NCBI GenBank assembly: GCA_036172245.1 | Contig: JAYWIR010000021.1 | Span: forward strand, 1,612,001-1,676,000 | DNA: 64,000 nt | Origin: Raillietiella orientalis | Lineage: Eukaryota | Direction: 5' to 3' | Part shown: positions 37,201 to 50,400 of the stretch, piece after piece | Layout of the letters: every line of letters starts with the position of its first letter | Numbering within the stretch: the first letter of the stretch is position 1 | Program-made: the position numbers and the translations under genes | Notes under the pieces: model-generated | Seen by the model: the letters and a program-made list of their open reading frames with translations, nothing else | Told to the model about the DNA's origin: nothing | The model's database searches: none

Positions 37201-40200
37201 ATTTCTCACTGGAACGGATGCTGCGGGATGCAGGTATGCTGAAAGAGCACGTGAGAGAGAAAAGAAAGTTCAGCCACGATCGAAGTGGTATCTGCGAACG
37301 ATCCAGATGCGAGTACACGCACAGATATCCTGATATCGTTCCGAAGAAACAGTTTGTACTGTTATTCGAGGTCCTTACTTTTTGGTATCGATTGCTTACA
37401 CACTCCTATTGAAAAAAGACTCATTTCAATCCTTTTTCCTTCAATCTCTTCTAAGGATTGGAAGAGTCTTCCAGAGCGCTCTTATTGACTGCATGACCCT
37501 TCGGCACGCACGGAAAACTCCCTTCCTTCTCCTCTTCCCTTCCTACACCTCCTCCTTCCCTCATCCTCCTCTTCCTCTCAGGTGATGTGATTTAACCTCG
37601 CTGTGATCCGCATTTCCATTCCGCCTTGGATGATCGCACTGGATGTTCACCCATGAGCTTCTCGAAACCCCGAGCTCATCCTCAAGAATTCTTGCACAGT
37701 CTCCTTTTGAGCAGACTGAGACTTGAAGTCAGCTACCCTGGCTTCCTGCTAGGCGGAGTATTCCTCGGAAAGTTCATCTGCTGCATCTCCACCTTCCCAC
37801 GAAACGGAGAGTCTCCTCATCTCTCTAAACAACGGCACTTCTAGTGCTCAGCTCTCTTCCAAGTTAGCAATCTTCAGGTGTGCATTAAGAAAAGACACAT
37901 CCACACCCACGCAGAGAGTGAGAGAGAGTGAGAGAGAAATTACTTCGTTTCAAAAGTGAAGCTGATGTCTGGTGCTTGCAAATAGAGCTCGGGAGAGGTA
38001 TGTAGTCAGAAGAGCCTGTCGTGGCTTCCTTCCCCGGATGCCTCCCGAGCAGCACGGAACCCAATTCTCGAAATGGACGCGTCGCGTACACAACGGGGAC
38101 GTAAATCTCTTGGAGGCGAGAGTTTTCCCGCTGGCAGTCTGTCCGGCAAAGCTCCAAAATCGAGTCCATTAAACTGGATAAACTTCCCTGCCCTCCCATT
38201 CGTCGCTATCCCTTTTCGCCGGGTCGCTCGAAGTTCTCCCCTGCCACCGCTGGAAGAGCTCCGTTCCCTGTTCTTCCCCCAAGCGCACGGAGCGTGCGCG
38301 GCAATACCCACGGGATGCCCCGAGACTCTCCTTTATTAAATTCTGTGCTTTCGGCTGAGCTCCTCACTTGATCTGCTGTGGTCCACGATCCCGTGAGACT
38401 TTGCAAAGAGACGCCCGCGTCCTTCTTCTTGAGGCTTGCTGCAGCCGCCGGACCGGGGGAGCTTGAGGGAGGGAGGGACTCTGATGGATATGGGAGGCCG
38501 CCGGTCTCACCGAGAGAAGAGGAATGCACTCCTTGCTCGTCCCGGTGAGCTCTTGTTGGGTTCGTCCGGCCGAAGAAAGCTGGTGCGCCTTGTTGATTGG
38601 TTGGTTCCCTTGGTCAGAGCGAGGATTCTTTTCCTCCCTTTCCTCTGGACGGACCCGTTCGGAGAAGGAAAGCGGCCTGGGCCCACTCGTCCTGCCGCGA
38701 GGAGCCACGGAGATACTAGAAGTGACTGAGAAGGACCAACTCGAAGGGAAACTCTGTACCCGACTTCCGCTCTCCTGATTCCCGATCGATGCCCCGGATG
38801 AACTCCAGCTGCCCGATGGCCTCTCTGCGGCACGTTTCGGAAAGAAACACCACCGGTAGCAGCAGTCCTCAAGTGCAGCCAAGAAGCAGAGATTCTTTTT
38901 GCTTGCTTCTTGATTTGCTGACCGCGAAACGACGGCTGCATCCACTTGGAGGAACCTCGAAAGATGCCTGCCTGCTCGGCGATCTGACCCGGAAGAGCGC
39001 GTGTCCAAAGACGTGACGTCGGAAACGAGTGCTTGGGCGATACTGCTCGAGGAAGGGGAGAGGGGCGATTCCAGGAAAACCCTTTGAGAGTACGGAAGAA
39101 GTCGATTTAGGAGTCTGGAAGCACTTAAGAACCGAAAGCCCTCTGGGACCCGGCCGCCTAGTGACTAGAGCTATCCAAGTGACCTCCTTTCCTAGTTCTC
39201 ACGAGAATGTCCCTCCCCTTTGCCTTTGAACCTGCCTCGAACAGTTCTTGTTTTACTAAAGGTGGGAGCTGTGACGGAAGTTTCCTGAGTAATGGGAGGC
39301 GTATCCGTGCTGAAGCAGTAGTGGTAGTGGTAGGAGGAAGCAAAGGGGAAGGAGAGGCAAAGGAAGGAAGAGGAGGCAAAGGAGGAGGAGTTCTTAATGC
39401 GAGGTCCTTTCCTGAGGTCTTCCAAGCAAGGCTTACGGGATGCATACGAGGATCGGGCGTGGAGGGGGGAAAGCGAGAACTCAGGCCGTCTGCTCCGGTG
39501 TTTCGAACGGGGGGTCAGGTCCGGCAAGCTCTCTTCCGGGTGTGCATTGACAGGTTCTCCCTGAGAAATCTCCAGGAATACCGCACCAAGGGGGAGGATT
39601 CCGGAGACGCAGTCGTCTACGCATAGGATGAAGGAGGAATCAGGGGAACGGAGATTTCTCCGACTGTGACTCCAGTCTCTCGATGACGTGCATGGCGACG
39701 CGCGAAGGAAGGGGAGGGTGGGAGGAGGAGGAAGCTGGGCAGCTCTGGGTGGCAGGAGCTGGGGGGAAATCGCCTCCTCCGCAATGCTCCGGAGACAAAC
39801 CTCAGGGGGCAGTCGCGAGCGGGAGCGCCCGCGCGACGGAGGCGCGCGCGCTGGCGTGGGGAAAATCCCGCTTCCGGGATGAGCAGCCGCCTGTACGGGG
39901 ACAGCACTAGGAGGAACGTCGCGGAGGTACCGTCGTGGGCCTAAGCGAGTGTGGATTCTCGTCTGGTCACGTGAGTAGCAGATTCCGTTGCTGGGGAGGC
40001 GTGCACGCGGTGCGCGCCGGCGGGCCACCCCACGCGGAGATGATGACGATGGGGAGCACGGATGCTGTTTCCTCCTGGCCCGTGGAGACGCGTTCCCTCT
40101 CCTTCAACAAGATGGGGAAGCTGGAAACCACATCGAGCGCGCACGGTCCGTTTTCCCGCATGGAGGGAGGGAATGGGGGGTAGACTGTCGCTCCTCCCTC

Positions 40201-41499
40201 CCTTTGCTTTCCGTTCTGGTGCACTGATCGAAGGACGGAGATTGTCTGAAGACACCGTCCTGGCAATGTACGGACGCGCTTCCGCCCGCGCACACCGATG
40301 GACGGCCTCCTGCTCGACCTCCGGTCAATCTTCTGCGGCGGCGGAAACTTCAGGGGTGGGAGAACGGGGAGGGCAGCGAGCAGGAGAGCGGCCACTTGCT
40401 TCCCGAATAGGGAACGCCCTGCTCCCTGCCTTCCGGATCTTTCGATCCCTGCCTCCTTCCCTTTTTTCTGCGCTATCCTCTGGGAACGCTACGACTCCCG
40501 ACGCGGAAGGAGGTTCCCATCCTGCATAGGGAAGCCCTGGTTGCTCGAATTCCCGTGGGAAGCGTCGGGTCCCTTGGCCAGTCCCGCGGAGGGATCGACC
40601 ATCCCGAGGGGTTCCCTCCAGGAGGCGCCGCCTGGGAGTCTCGTCACGTCTCGGAGGATCATGTAGCATCCCAAGGGCACGTGGGCCCGCGAGCAGGCCG
40701 GGGCATCGCTGGGGATGCCTCGAGGGCTGAACGGGTTACACACTCCGGTGACCGCGGGTGTTGGGAGCGGTGATGGCGCGCGATGGCACACGACCACCCA
40801 TCAAGCCGTGGAAACCGCAGACCGGTCCTTGCGTCTTCCCTGGACTGCCCTTCGCCCTTCTGATCAGCACCGAGCCACACATCAGCAGCCCAGCTTCACA
40901 CTCACGGACATGTTGAGTCAAATTCGCGCCCCTCTGGGTCTCCGGTTCTCTTCGTGAGAGGCACTCGCCTGCAGCATCCATCCACGGGGAGGGAGGGAAT
41001 CCACGGGAGGAGGAGGGGTGTCGGAAAAAAGGGAGGGGGGGAAGAAAGTTCGGAGGGAGAGATCCCGACGCTTCCAGGAATTCGCGTCCCTGGCAGCGCG
41101 TCATCCGGAGGGACCCCCGAAACATATAGCGGGATTACCGGGGTAGGCGTTTCCAGAGAGAGGGGATTTTCTCATCTTCCATTGCGAGGCGCTCCTTCGG
41201 AGCCCCGTCTTCAAGCAGCCGGTCTGGGCGGGCGGATCGGGAACGGAAGAAGCTGAGGGCCTACGGATTCCTCAAGCCGCTTCCCGCCTCCATGGTTTTC
41301 CGGTCATCCCCTTCCGAGCAATGGCGGAGCGCTATTGCTCCCAAGAAGTTCCGGGACTCCTCGGGATGGGCTTCCTATACACTTCTCGACCTCACACTCG
41401 GAGGGCATTCCGGGCGCCTCCAGGATGCCAGGATGATTCCGGGGGAGGCTGCTGGCCGCCTTTTCACGTACATGGAGAGACCTCAGGGGATATTTGTGA

Positions 41500-42750
41500 C
41501 ACAACGGATAAAGGGACCACGCGCAGAGACGCACTCGCCTACGCCTACGCTCGCGGGTCTAAAGAAAGAGAGGGCGGAGGGGAACCCATCTCCTTCTTCG
41601 CGCCCGCCCCGTGGTCCGAAGGGAACCAAGTCTGGAGGGTGTCTCGCGCCAGCGAGGGGGAGCCCCGCTCAAAGGATCCCTCGCAGGACTCCCGCGCGGA
41701 TGGATTGCCATACCCACCCTCGGAAGGGGGGCTCACCGCGGAAGATGCTGGTTGCTACGGCTTAGCCGGGAGGCTGTGGAATTCGTCGGAATCCGCAAGG
41801 GGACTGCGTTGACTTGCCTGCCTTGCCCTGGGTGTGGATGGGTGGATGCTTCCTGAGGAGCCGAGCCCGCGAGCAGAGCCTCTCCCTGCTTTCGGCGTCC
41901 CATCAGAGGGGAGGTGGGCCGGCTCCTCGCGCGCGTCGCGGAGAGCAAAGGGGGGTCGCGACGGGCGCACTCCAGTCCTCCTGGAGAATCCACTGGTCGG
42001 CGTAGATGCCGCCACCGCCGGCAGCAGGCAATGCTCCAGTGGGATCACGGGGGCTGACTGCAGAGGAAAGGTCTCCATGCAAATTGCTTCCGGGGCAGTG
42101 GTCTAGTCTGGATCTCCCCAGTGTCTAAGCTATGAAATTATCCATGGGCCGATTGCTCCGGGAGGACGAGGGATGTCGTTGTTCCCAAGGTCGTCCGTCT
42201 GCTCGATCGCTGCGCTGCGCTTTAGCAACTCGCCACGACCGCTCAGGGAACGCGCTCCCTCGGAAAAGCTGAGAGCGGAGAGGAGACCCAGGAAGCTCTC
42301 CGACATCTTCCTCTTCCTCTTTTCTTGACGATGAGGCATCCCTTGATCCATCCAGGAGCTCTTCCGTGGGTTTCCTGCATCGGACGGTCAGGCACAGGGA
42401 GCCATCCACAAGATTCACGCGCCCATCGAGCTTCGTCCCCATTCTCCCCACCCTCCGCCCCATCGTCGCGTGGGTAAGGTGAGTACTTCCCAGGACGGAT
42501 CTTCCACTCTTCCTTCCCATCCCTTCCAGTCACCCATCCTCCGTGTGTATCGCGACCACAGTTATCCCGACCTCTCGAAGTCCCGCCACGCGCGCACTGG
42601 TGGCGCTGGCGATCTCCAGGCAACTCGCTCGTCGCTGCGCGCCGGCGGCCGTGAGACTGCGGTCCCCTCGCGTGGAGCCAAGCGTCTTGGGTTCGAATCT
42701 CCCCATGAAGAATCGACACCGAGAATGGAAAAGGCGCGTCTTGGGCTTCT
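41500..42750 (-). mobile_element. Very degenerate L1/Tx1-type RT relic
   Basis: 'GELPGSPLRSQLF' (cf. GVRQGCPLSPxLF) and downstream 'PPSEGGYGNP' (cf. PxxxGGLGxP). Confidence 0.33.
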
Positions 42751-43569
42751 ATTGGCCCCCGCCTCTCCTCCCCTTCCTGGTTGGTCTACGGGTTTCGGGC
42801 GTGCGACTGGAGTGACACTCGTTGAAGACCGGATGGCTCCGTGACCCGCCTGAAACGGAAGCAGGCCCTCCGGTGTTTTTCCAGAGTTGCCCTCAAGACA
42901 ACCGAATAGGCCAACAGAAGAACCTGCAGGATTCCCATCATCAACGGTAACGATCCCTCCGAAGTGCTACTGGCTTTCAAGGAAAACCAAAAAAAAAAGT
43001 TTCCGAAGGAATTCTGAACTTTGGAAGAATCCACGTTTTTCGATTCGTCTCCGAAGTTGCCGCGTGTACGAAAGATCGACTGCGTACGACGTGAACTGCT
43101 ACATTTCATCTATTTTCAAGAACGGGGTTCCCATACTCTTCCTTCCCTATCGCTCCACCCTCCACCCATCCCCCGTGGATCGCGGCCTCTCGGAGCACGC
43201 GCCACGAGCCCACCATAGGCGACGCCGGACACCTCCAAGCAACACCAACTCGCTCGCCCAACTCCAGGCTTGTTTGAGATGGCGCGCGCGTGCAAGCGCA
43301 GGCGGCGGCGGTTGCTCCATCCTGTTTTCGCACGCACACACTTATTTCACGAGTGCGAACGAATGCGTGCGGGCGCGCAGAGCACCCATCGCTGAGTCGA
43401 AAGAGAACAGCTCCGAACCATCCTTTGGGGTCGCCTTCTTGGGGAAAGGGAGGAAGTGAGGGATCCACAAAATTCTTCGACACTTTCGACGTCACCTGGG
43501 GGTGTGCATCACTCTTCAAATAAATCCAGGAAGGGCTCCGGAGGAAGAAGTCTTTCCTTCCTTCCCTTT

Positions 43570-44400
43570 ACTCATGGGAGGGAAACTCTAAGGGAACCCT
43601 CCACCCTGGTTGTCTCTGAAAGGAACCCCTAAGGGAGAGTCCTCCGTATTTTCTCTGAAGGAACCCCCTGGAGGTGGGTATTTCTTCTCCGGAGGGAAGC
43701 CGCAAGGGAACCGCTTCTGGTTTTCTCCTCTTGAAGACATCCTCGAAGGGACGCTTCCCATTTTTTCTCTGAAGGGCGCTCCCCGAAGAGAGCGACGCGC
43801 TTCTTCACACTCTGGAGAGGCGACCGACTCCCCGAGGCGGTTATCAACAAGCCTCACGGTACGCGATGGAGGGTCCCTCCACGGGAAAGAGGGTCGGCTC
43901 CATTTTCACAAGTGGAGGAAGGGGGAGGAACCCCCTAAGGACTCCTTGGTTCCTGGAAGGAACCCAGAGGGCCGATTTCCGATCCCGGCGAGTCAGCGGG
44001 GACATACGAAGACTTCCACCAGTGCCATCGCCCCCGAGACCTGCAGGCCAACTGGAGTCGTCCTGCACATAGGGAGGGAATCGAAACTCACGATCCACCC
44101 GTCGGTTCTTCTGGAGTTGATCCTCCACGTAGAAGTTCGAACCCGCAGCCCGCTGCCTCCGCAACCCGCTGATTCTCGCTGCGAAGGAAGATCCTTCCTA
44201 CATTGATGGCGAAAACCGGTAGATTCCCCGTCCCTTGTGGGAGGCTTCTGGGAAAAAGCCGGATTGTGTGGAGGACACACCTCAGTAGCTTCTCTGCGTC
44301 GGAGCAAGGAAGCTCCTGAGGGCGAACTGGTACAGGGGGCTCTCCCCCGTCTGCGAACAGATGCTTGCGGTGGCTATTTGCTCCGCCGTGTTCCGGACAG
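43570..44400 (-). mobile_element. Copy of the APE-relic/VNTR repeat family
   Basis: Reverse-complement homology to 24780-25290 (CCTTGGTTCCTGGAAGGA, ACCAGTGCC, GAAGGGACGCTTCC). About 5 VNTR units at 43610-43785. Confidence 0.65.
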
Positions 44401-47400
44401 AGGAATGGGTCCAAATCCGAGAGAGACCCGCGGACCACGCTTCCCTCCCTCCCCCAACGCGAAAGACAGCAGTGGTTCCGACGCTTCTTGAGAGCTTCTG
44501 CAGGCCTTCCAGATGCAGCAGAACATCCCGCTGGGATTCTGACGGTCCGGGGAAATCTCGGCCGACAGCAAGTGCAGTTCGTGGGGGTGCCTTCTCTTGT
44601 GCCTCGATGTGAGCAAGGGGACTTCCCGTCCACATGCCGTCGCTGCCCAGAGACAGCCCTCCTTTTGACGCGCGGCTTCCGTCCTTCTGGCTAAGCGGAT
44701 CCCCGCCCGCCTTCACATGCTTCCGGGGACCTGTCGGCGACGCGCTTCAAAAGGCAGAGACGTCGCAGGTCGCCCTCGGACTTTTCCCTGCGCTGTGCGG
44801 CGCCCCCACTTCGAGGGAGAGGGAGAATTTTTGAGCAACAGGAAGAAGGGGACCGCTTCGCAGTAGGGTTGCCGCAGTAGGGTAGCCGCCGATCGGCGCT
44901 GGAGAGAAATGAGAGCGGGTCACCTGGACGTTGAAGCGCGGAAGCGACGCCTACGACAGTCGGACCGAGTCCGTTCATCCGGAGACGGTCCAGCAGATGG
45001 AAGCGTCGCCAGGCATCCGTCCATCTTGCGGGCCGTCAGCTCAGTAGACATCAGCCATGCACGAGGGTGCTCGGCATCGTGCAGTCTTCTGCAGGTGCAG
45101 CCACGAGAGCATGGACAGCGATAAGTGCAGCTGGCCACAGTCCGACGACAGGATGTCCGTTCCAGAGACGATGGATGAGTACGGATGCTGTGAGCCAGCT
45201 GTCTGAGAGAAAGAACTGCACAAATGAAGCACGCCTGCTAAATTCCGGCCTTTGGGGAGGTCCTGCTAGTACATTCTTTACCCACAAAAAATGCGATTGA
45301 GTTTCGTTTGTCCTCCTTTTCTCAGAGGATGCAAAGAGACACTTTTTTTCCTTCCTCCTTTCTTCTTCTTCTTCTTTTGTAGATGAAGTGGAAGACGGCT
45401 ACATGCGCACTTCAGACCCTCCATTCCCTTGAAATGATCAGCTGCTCAGTTTCCGGAGAGTCTAGGAGATGGGAGAGGGGGAAGGGGAGGATGAAAAAGC
45501 ATCTGAAGCTCATCTTTTCTTTTCTTTAGCCAATTCGTTTCCTCCAGAGGCGCTGCGCTCTTCCTGCGGTCCACGTGATCGCCTTCGCGAGGAGTTCACG
45601 CACAGCGGCCGGTCCCTAAGCAGCCTCTCGGACGGACATATGCTCGTGGCCCTCACGCGTGGCATTGCATCACATCGGGACTCCTCCCCAAGCTCTGAGC
45701 CCCGGGACGCTCAGCTCGCCGCCGCCGACCTTCCTTAGGGTGCAGTAGCAGACCGGACTCCCAACGCGATGGGAGGCGGCTTTCTCGAATCCGTCGTGAA
45801 ATGGACACTGGCGCTTCTCTGAGATAAGCGGCTTACGGAAAGGGGACAGCTGCGACCAGAGACTCTCCCCTTCACGGAGATGGTACGGGGACGCTGGAAC
45901 GCGCCGAAGAAGTCGCGCCACGCTCCCCTTCTCCCGTTCGCGCGCCCGAGGAGCCTGCTTCTTCCTCGCAGGCGTTGTCATGGAGATCCGGTTCCAAGGT
46001 CAGGAGTTGCAGATCATCCGCTGAACGCCATTTCCAAGTCAAAAAAGTAATGGCAACAATAACTCTTGTTTCCCATCCGTGGAAAAACCCCAGATTCGGG
46101 CCCCTGACGTTCCCGGAAATGATGGATGCCGTTGCAGTTGGACAGAGCGCACGTTCACCGCTGGCAATCTTAGTCTTTCCCTTGGGGAAGCCGCCACCTT
46201 CCTGGGTGCTCAATAGTCAGGGTGCGCACGCACTAGAAGTGAGGGGGCTTGGAGGGTGAAGGGGACGAGACCACGATCTGCTGGGCACGGAGGTCTAGGC
46301 AGGGCGAGACGACGGCGACTCCTTCCTGAGCTTTGTGGACGCTTGGCCAGGCCGAGAGCGCCTCCCTCGCGAAAGGCTTGGCGCGAAAGAGACCTCAACT
46401 CGGAACCAGGAAAGGAAAGAAGAGGGAGGGAGGGGAGAGGGCGTCACGGCATTTGTTGCGTCGCGGTCCTCCGTTCATCCCGTAGCGTCGAGGCTGATCT
46501 CGCCGTCGCAACCCACGTGCACGTCACCGGTGGGCAGAGCACTGGGGGCCTCGCCCGGACGACGCCTGCCCGGCGCCGCGGTCCCATCCTCGTCCCTGCG
46601 GAGCGTGCCGAGGGTGCCGTTCGAGTCCCGGTCGGATGTGATGATGAGACCGGGATCAGCGAGAGGAACGGAAGCGCTGTGGACGTGTGTTTTCATTGCT
46701 CGTGCGTCGATTAGAGTTTCTTTTCCCCTCCTCCCTCATTCCAGTCCGCGCGGAATGCTCCTCTGCGGAAACTTCCCCCGTCCTCCTTCCTCCTCATCGA
46801 GGGCCGCTCCAGGATGGCGATGCCTTTTCCAGTTCCCTTGATGGATGGCAAATGAGGGGAATCTTGGGAGTGAGCGGCGAGCGGAGTCCAGATGACCGAG
46901 GAAGGGGGAGGGGAGAAAACGGCGGAAAAAGTATCCGCCGCGTCCTCCACACGTCCCTTCCCTTCAGACTCGCCGCTCTCCGGGCTCTGGTCCATCCGGT
47001 TTCATTCCGGCGTGCGTCCCGAGAGAGATCGGGAGATTCTCCTCGGGAGAGGAAGGGGGGAGGTGGACGGTCGCGACTTCCTTCCGGGACGCGGAAGTTT
47101 CCCCATCCTCTTTCGACCCGCAGGCCGTTTCCTTTGGCGATGATCCATCCCGTGGCTCCCCGTCTGTCGCCACAGGCCATGAAAGCAGCGTCTCCTCCTC
47201 GCGCCCCAAGTTTGTCTTTTGTCGGGGCTCCTTGCCATCCTCAGATCCCCCCCTTTCCCCCCTCCAAAATTCGGGTGTTTCCCGCTCCCTCACCCCGCTA
47301 CTGCTTTTCCCTGTCTTCCCTTCCCGCTTCCCTGCCCCTTCGCCGAAAGCGAGGGAGAAGAAGCCGTTTCCGGAACAACCCTGACCCTTTTGCGCGCTAG

Positions 47401-50400
47401 GTGCGACACGCTCGATCGAGCCTTGCGCATCCTGACCAGTGAGCAGTTCTGGCTAATCTCCCGCAAAGATCTCGCAGGTCCATTCCTGACTGCGAGGAAG
47501 GAAAAAGGAAAGAAAGGCTGAGGGCGGGAACGAGAGGAGTGGAGGGGTGAGAGAAGGAAAGGGGAACGGGTCCTCTCTTCCCGAGCCTACGCACCCTCCC
47601 GTGAAGGCCCTCAAGGAGTTACCCCTCCCTTCTCTGCTACTCACCCTCGCCACCCTTGGTGGGGTGCACTCCCTGCGTGCCAACCTCCGAGCTCCCATCC
47701 TTCAGTCCATCCGGGACACCCTCCCTTGACGAGCGCTCCCCGACGGGCGAGGGGGCAGGGGATGGGCCCAAGACCTTCTCCTTCCCTCTTCCCTCTCTTC
47801 CAGGTGATCTTCCCTCCCACCACCACGAGCCAGCCATGGGAACCTCACGAAGGCGGCCGGCACCCTGGTGACCAGCCGGAAACAGCGAAGGCGAATCCCT
47901 GCCGCCGCCTCCTGGGCCCTTTCCTCCCGTCCCCAGTCCTCAAGGAAGAAGCGGAGTGGAAGAGGAACAGTACTCCCCTCCTACACCCCCGCCCCCCCCT
48001 CTGACCTGGACATGACTCTCGGTCCTTTATGTGCGGCCGAGCGTGCAGCCCTGTTCTTGGAGTCTCCCTGCTCATGCTCATGCAAGAAGTCCTCCTGAAC
48101 GGTCAGTGAGCGGGAGGGGGGGAGTAAGTCTGCTCGTCCCCTTGGGGGAAGTGCGGGCGACTGTCGCAGTCAGCCACTCCTCCCCTGTTCAGGGCGGCAG
48201 CTCCCAAAACGGAGCGAACGGGAGGAATGCCCAGGGAGTTTCCCCCAGCCAAGCGCGAATGGCAGAGGGAAGGGCGGAGAGAAAGGAGGGTACGCTTCTC
48301 ACTCGGGGAGTCTCTCCCTTTCTTCCGGCGCGAGTCACCGGTGACGTGCAGGTGGGAAGAGACCGCGTCCTCGGTACCAGGAGAGTTCCGGGAGCGCCCC
48401 TCCTGGAAGTGGGAAGAGTCTTCCTTAGATTCGCGGGTGGGTGGGAAGGGGCGCCACCTCCGCTTTCGAGAAAGAGGGTGCGGCGCCGGAGTCCTCTGCT
48501 CCGGATTCACGGGGAGGGCGTTTGAGAGTTGGACAAACCGGGACGTGGAGTGCGCGTCGTGGCGAGGGGAGGAGAGGGAAGACCTAAGGGAGCTCTCTTC
48601 AAGAATGGGGATCGAGATGACTCGTGCATCACGCAGCGACCTCCAAGCCACCGCCCTCGGCGCTCAGTCCTCCCGCACTGCTTGAGACGGGGGAAAAATT
48701 CCTTCAGCTGCCGGTCGGATGCCGCCACGAAGGATACCGCAGGATGCCGACGCCTGTCATCCGTCCACGTCCCGGAGGCGCGAAGACGAGGGAAGTGACG
48801 GGAAGGAAAGTGGGCGGGACGACTTTTTGAGCTTGAGTGGAGAGAAACCGGTGCTACTTCCTTGCCCTGGGACCGGAGAGGAGGATGAGGCGAAGAGTAA
48901 GGGAAAAGGGAGGGGTGGGGGAAGGAAGGAACAAGGTAGGTTAGATGAGAGCGCAGTAAGATGCCCGCGACCCTGGACGGGAAGTTTCCGGGCAGAGGTC
49001 CGCAGCTGAGAAGGCAGCGGCTCCAGGAGTATGCTGGAGAGGACCCCTTGAGCGGTTGTCCAGGAAGGACGGATCTGTGGTCGTCGCTGGCGCGCCGGAA
49101 ACCACGTCCCTGCGGGAGAGGGAGGACGCTTCCGAGGGAGGAGCTTTCCGGAAGTCCTCCCCAGTGGCGAACCAGAGCGACGCCACCATGGAGCTGCGCC
49201 GGTCTTCCGCTCTCACGGGTGCCGCGTGCCCGGCTGATACCGGACCGAGACAGGAAAGAACGGGACACCAGGAGGAGGAGGAGGAGGAGGCCGAATCTAC
49301 CCAGCGATGCGTGGTGGAGGAACGCAAGGAAGAGGGGTGGCGTTCTCAGAGGAGCCCAAAGGTGCCGTTCGCATCCTGCGCACGGGGAGGAGAGCAACTG
49401 TCGCCAGTCTGCCGAAGAGCCGAACTGAAGCGGCAGATCACGCCGGTGGCAACGCCGGTTCAACGGCATCCAGCAGAAAGTTATCCCATCCCTCGTGACG
49501 TCTCACGAATCGAAAGCGCAGGCGCTCTTCCGTTGCCAAGAAAAAGGAAAGACCAGAGGAAGCAAAAGAGAAGAGTCCACGAAGGAAAAATGCTCCAGGC
49601 GCGTGTACGACCTTGCGTGGGATGAGCAGCCCGTGTGAGCCACCGCGACTCTTTGCTGACTCCCACTCGCTGTTTGACAAATGAGTCGGGAGAAACTGAC
49701 CTCTCCGTGCGTTTCGAGCTGCAGCTGCTGATCACCTCGGTCTAAAAAGACTGACACAAGATGTTACAGAGGGATGCCTCAGTGCCCCCAAAGCATCCGA
49801 GATCTGCTCCAGAGAGAGAAAAAACCCTGCCTACGGGGTGCACGTGGTAGCCCTTTCCTGTGTGAGAGGAAGGTTCGCGACATCGTTCAAAGACTTCGTG
49901 AGACAAACTCACTGGCGTGCTGAGGTTTCCTCGGCACGCAAGGTGGAGCCACCATCGTGGGTTAGCCAGCGAGGGAGTGGCATGGACAAGGACAACAGCT
50001 TCGGGGCTTAGCAAAGCGGGTCCGCAACGTCCTTCTCTCGAGCAGAGGGCAGGAAGTCTCAACCCGGAAGATGAAAGGCGGTTTCAACCTCATGCGTCCC
50101 CGCATCCGCGCCGGATGCGATCGTCAGGAAGAAAGCAGATGGAACTGCGCGTCCCGTACCCGCCTGCACTCCTTTCGGAGACGACCCTACTGGCATCCCG
50201 GAAAAAAAAAAACATCTTCATCTTCTGCCAGCTGAAGGAGCGGGCCGAGGATGCGCTCTCCTCTGAGCACTCTTTCAGACGAACGTTCCGTTTCCTGAAT
50301 GCGGAATATCTGAAGGTCGTTCTGCGAGCGGCTCCCGTCTTCTCCTAACACGATGTAGAGCTCTGACCGGTCTTCTGTCCCTCTCTTTTTTTTCCCTGAT

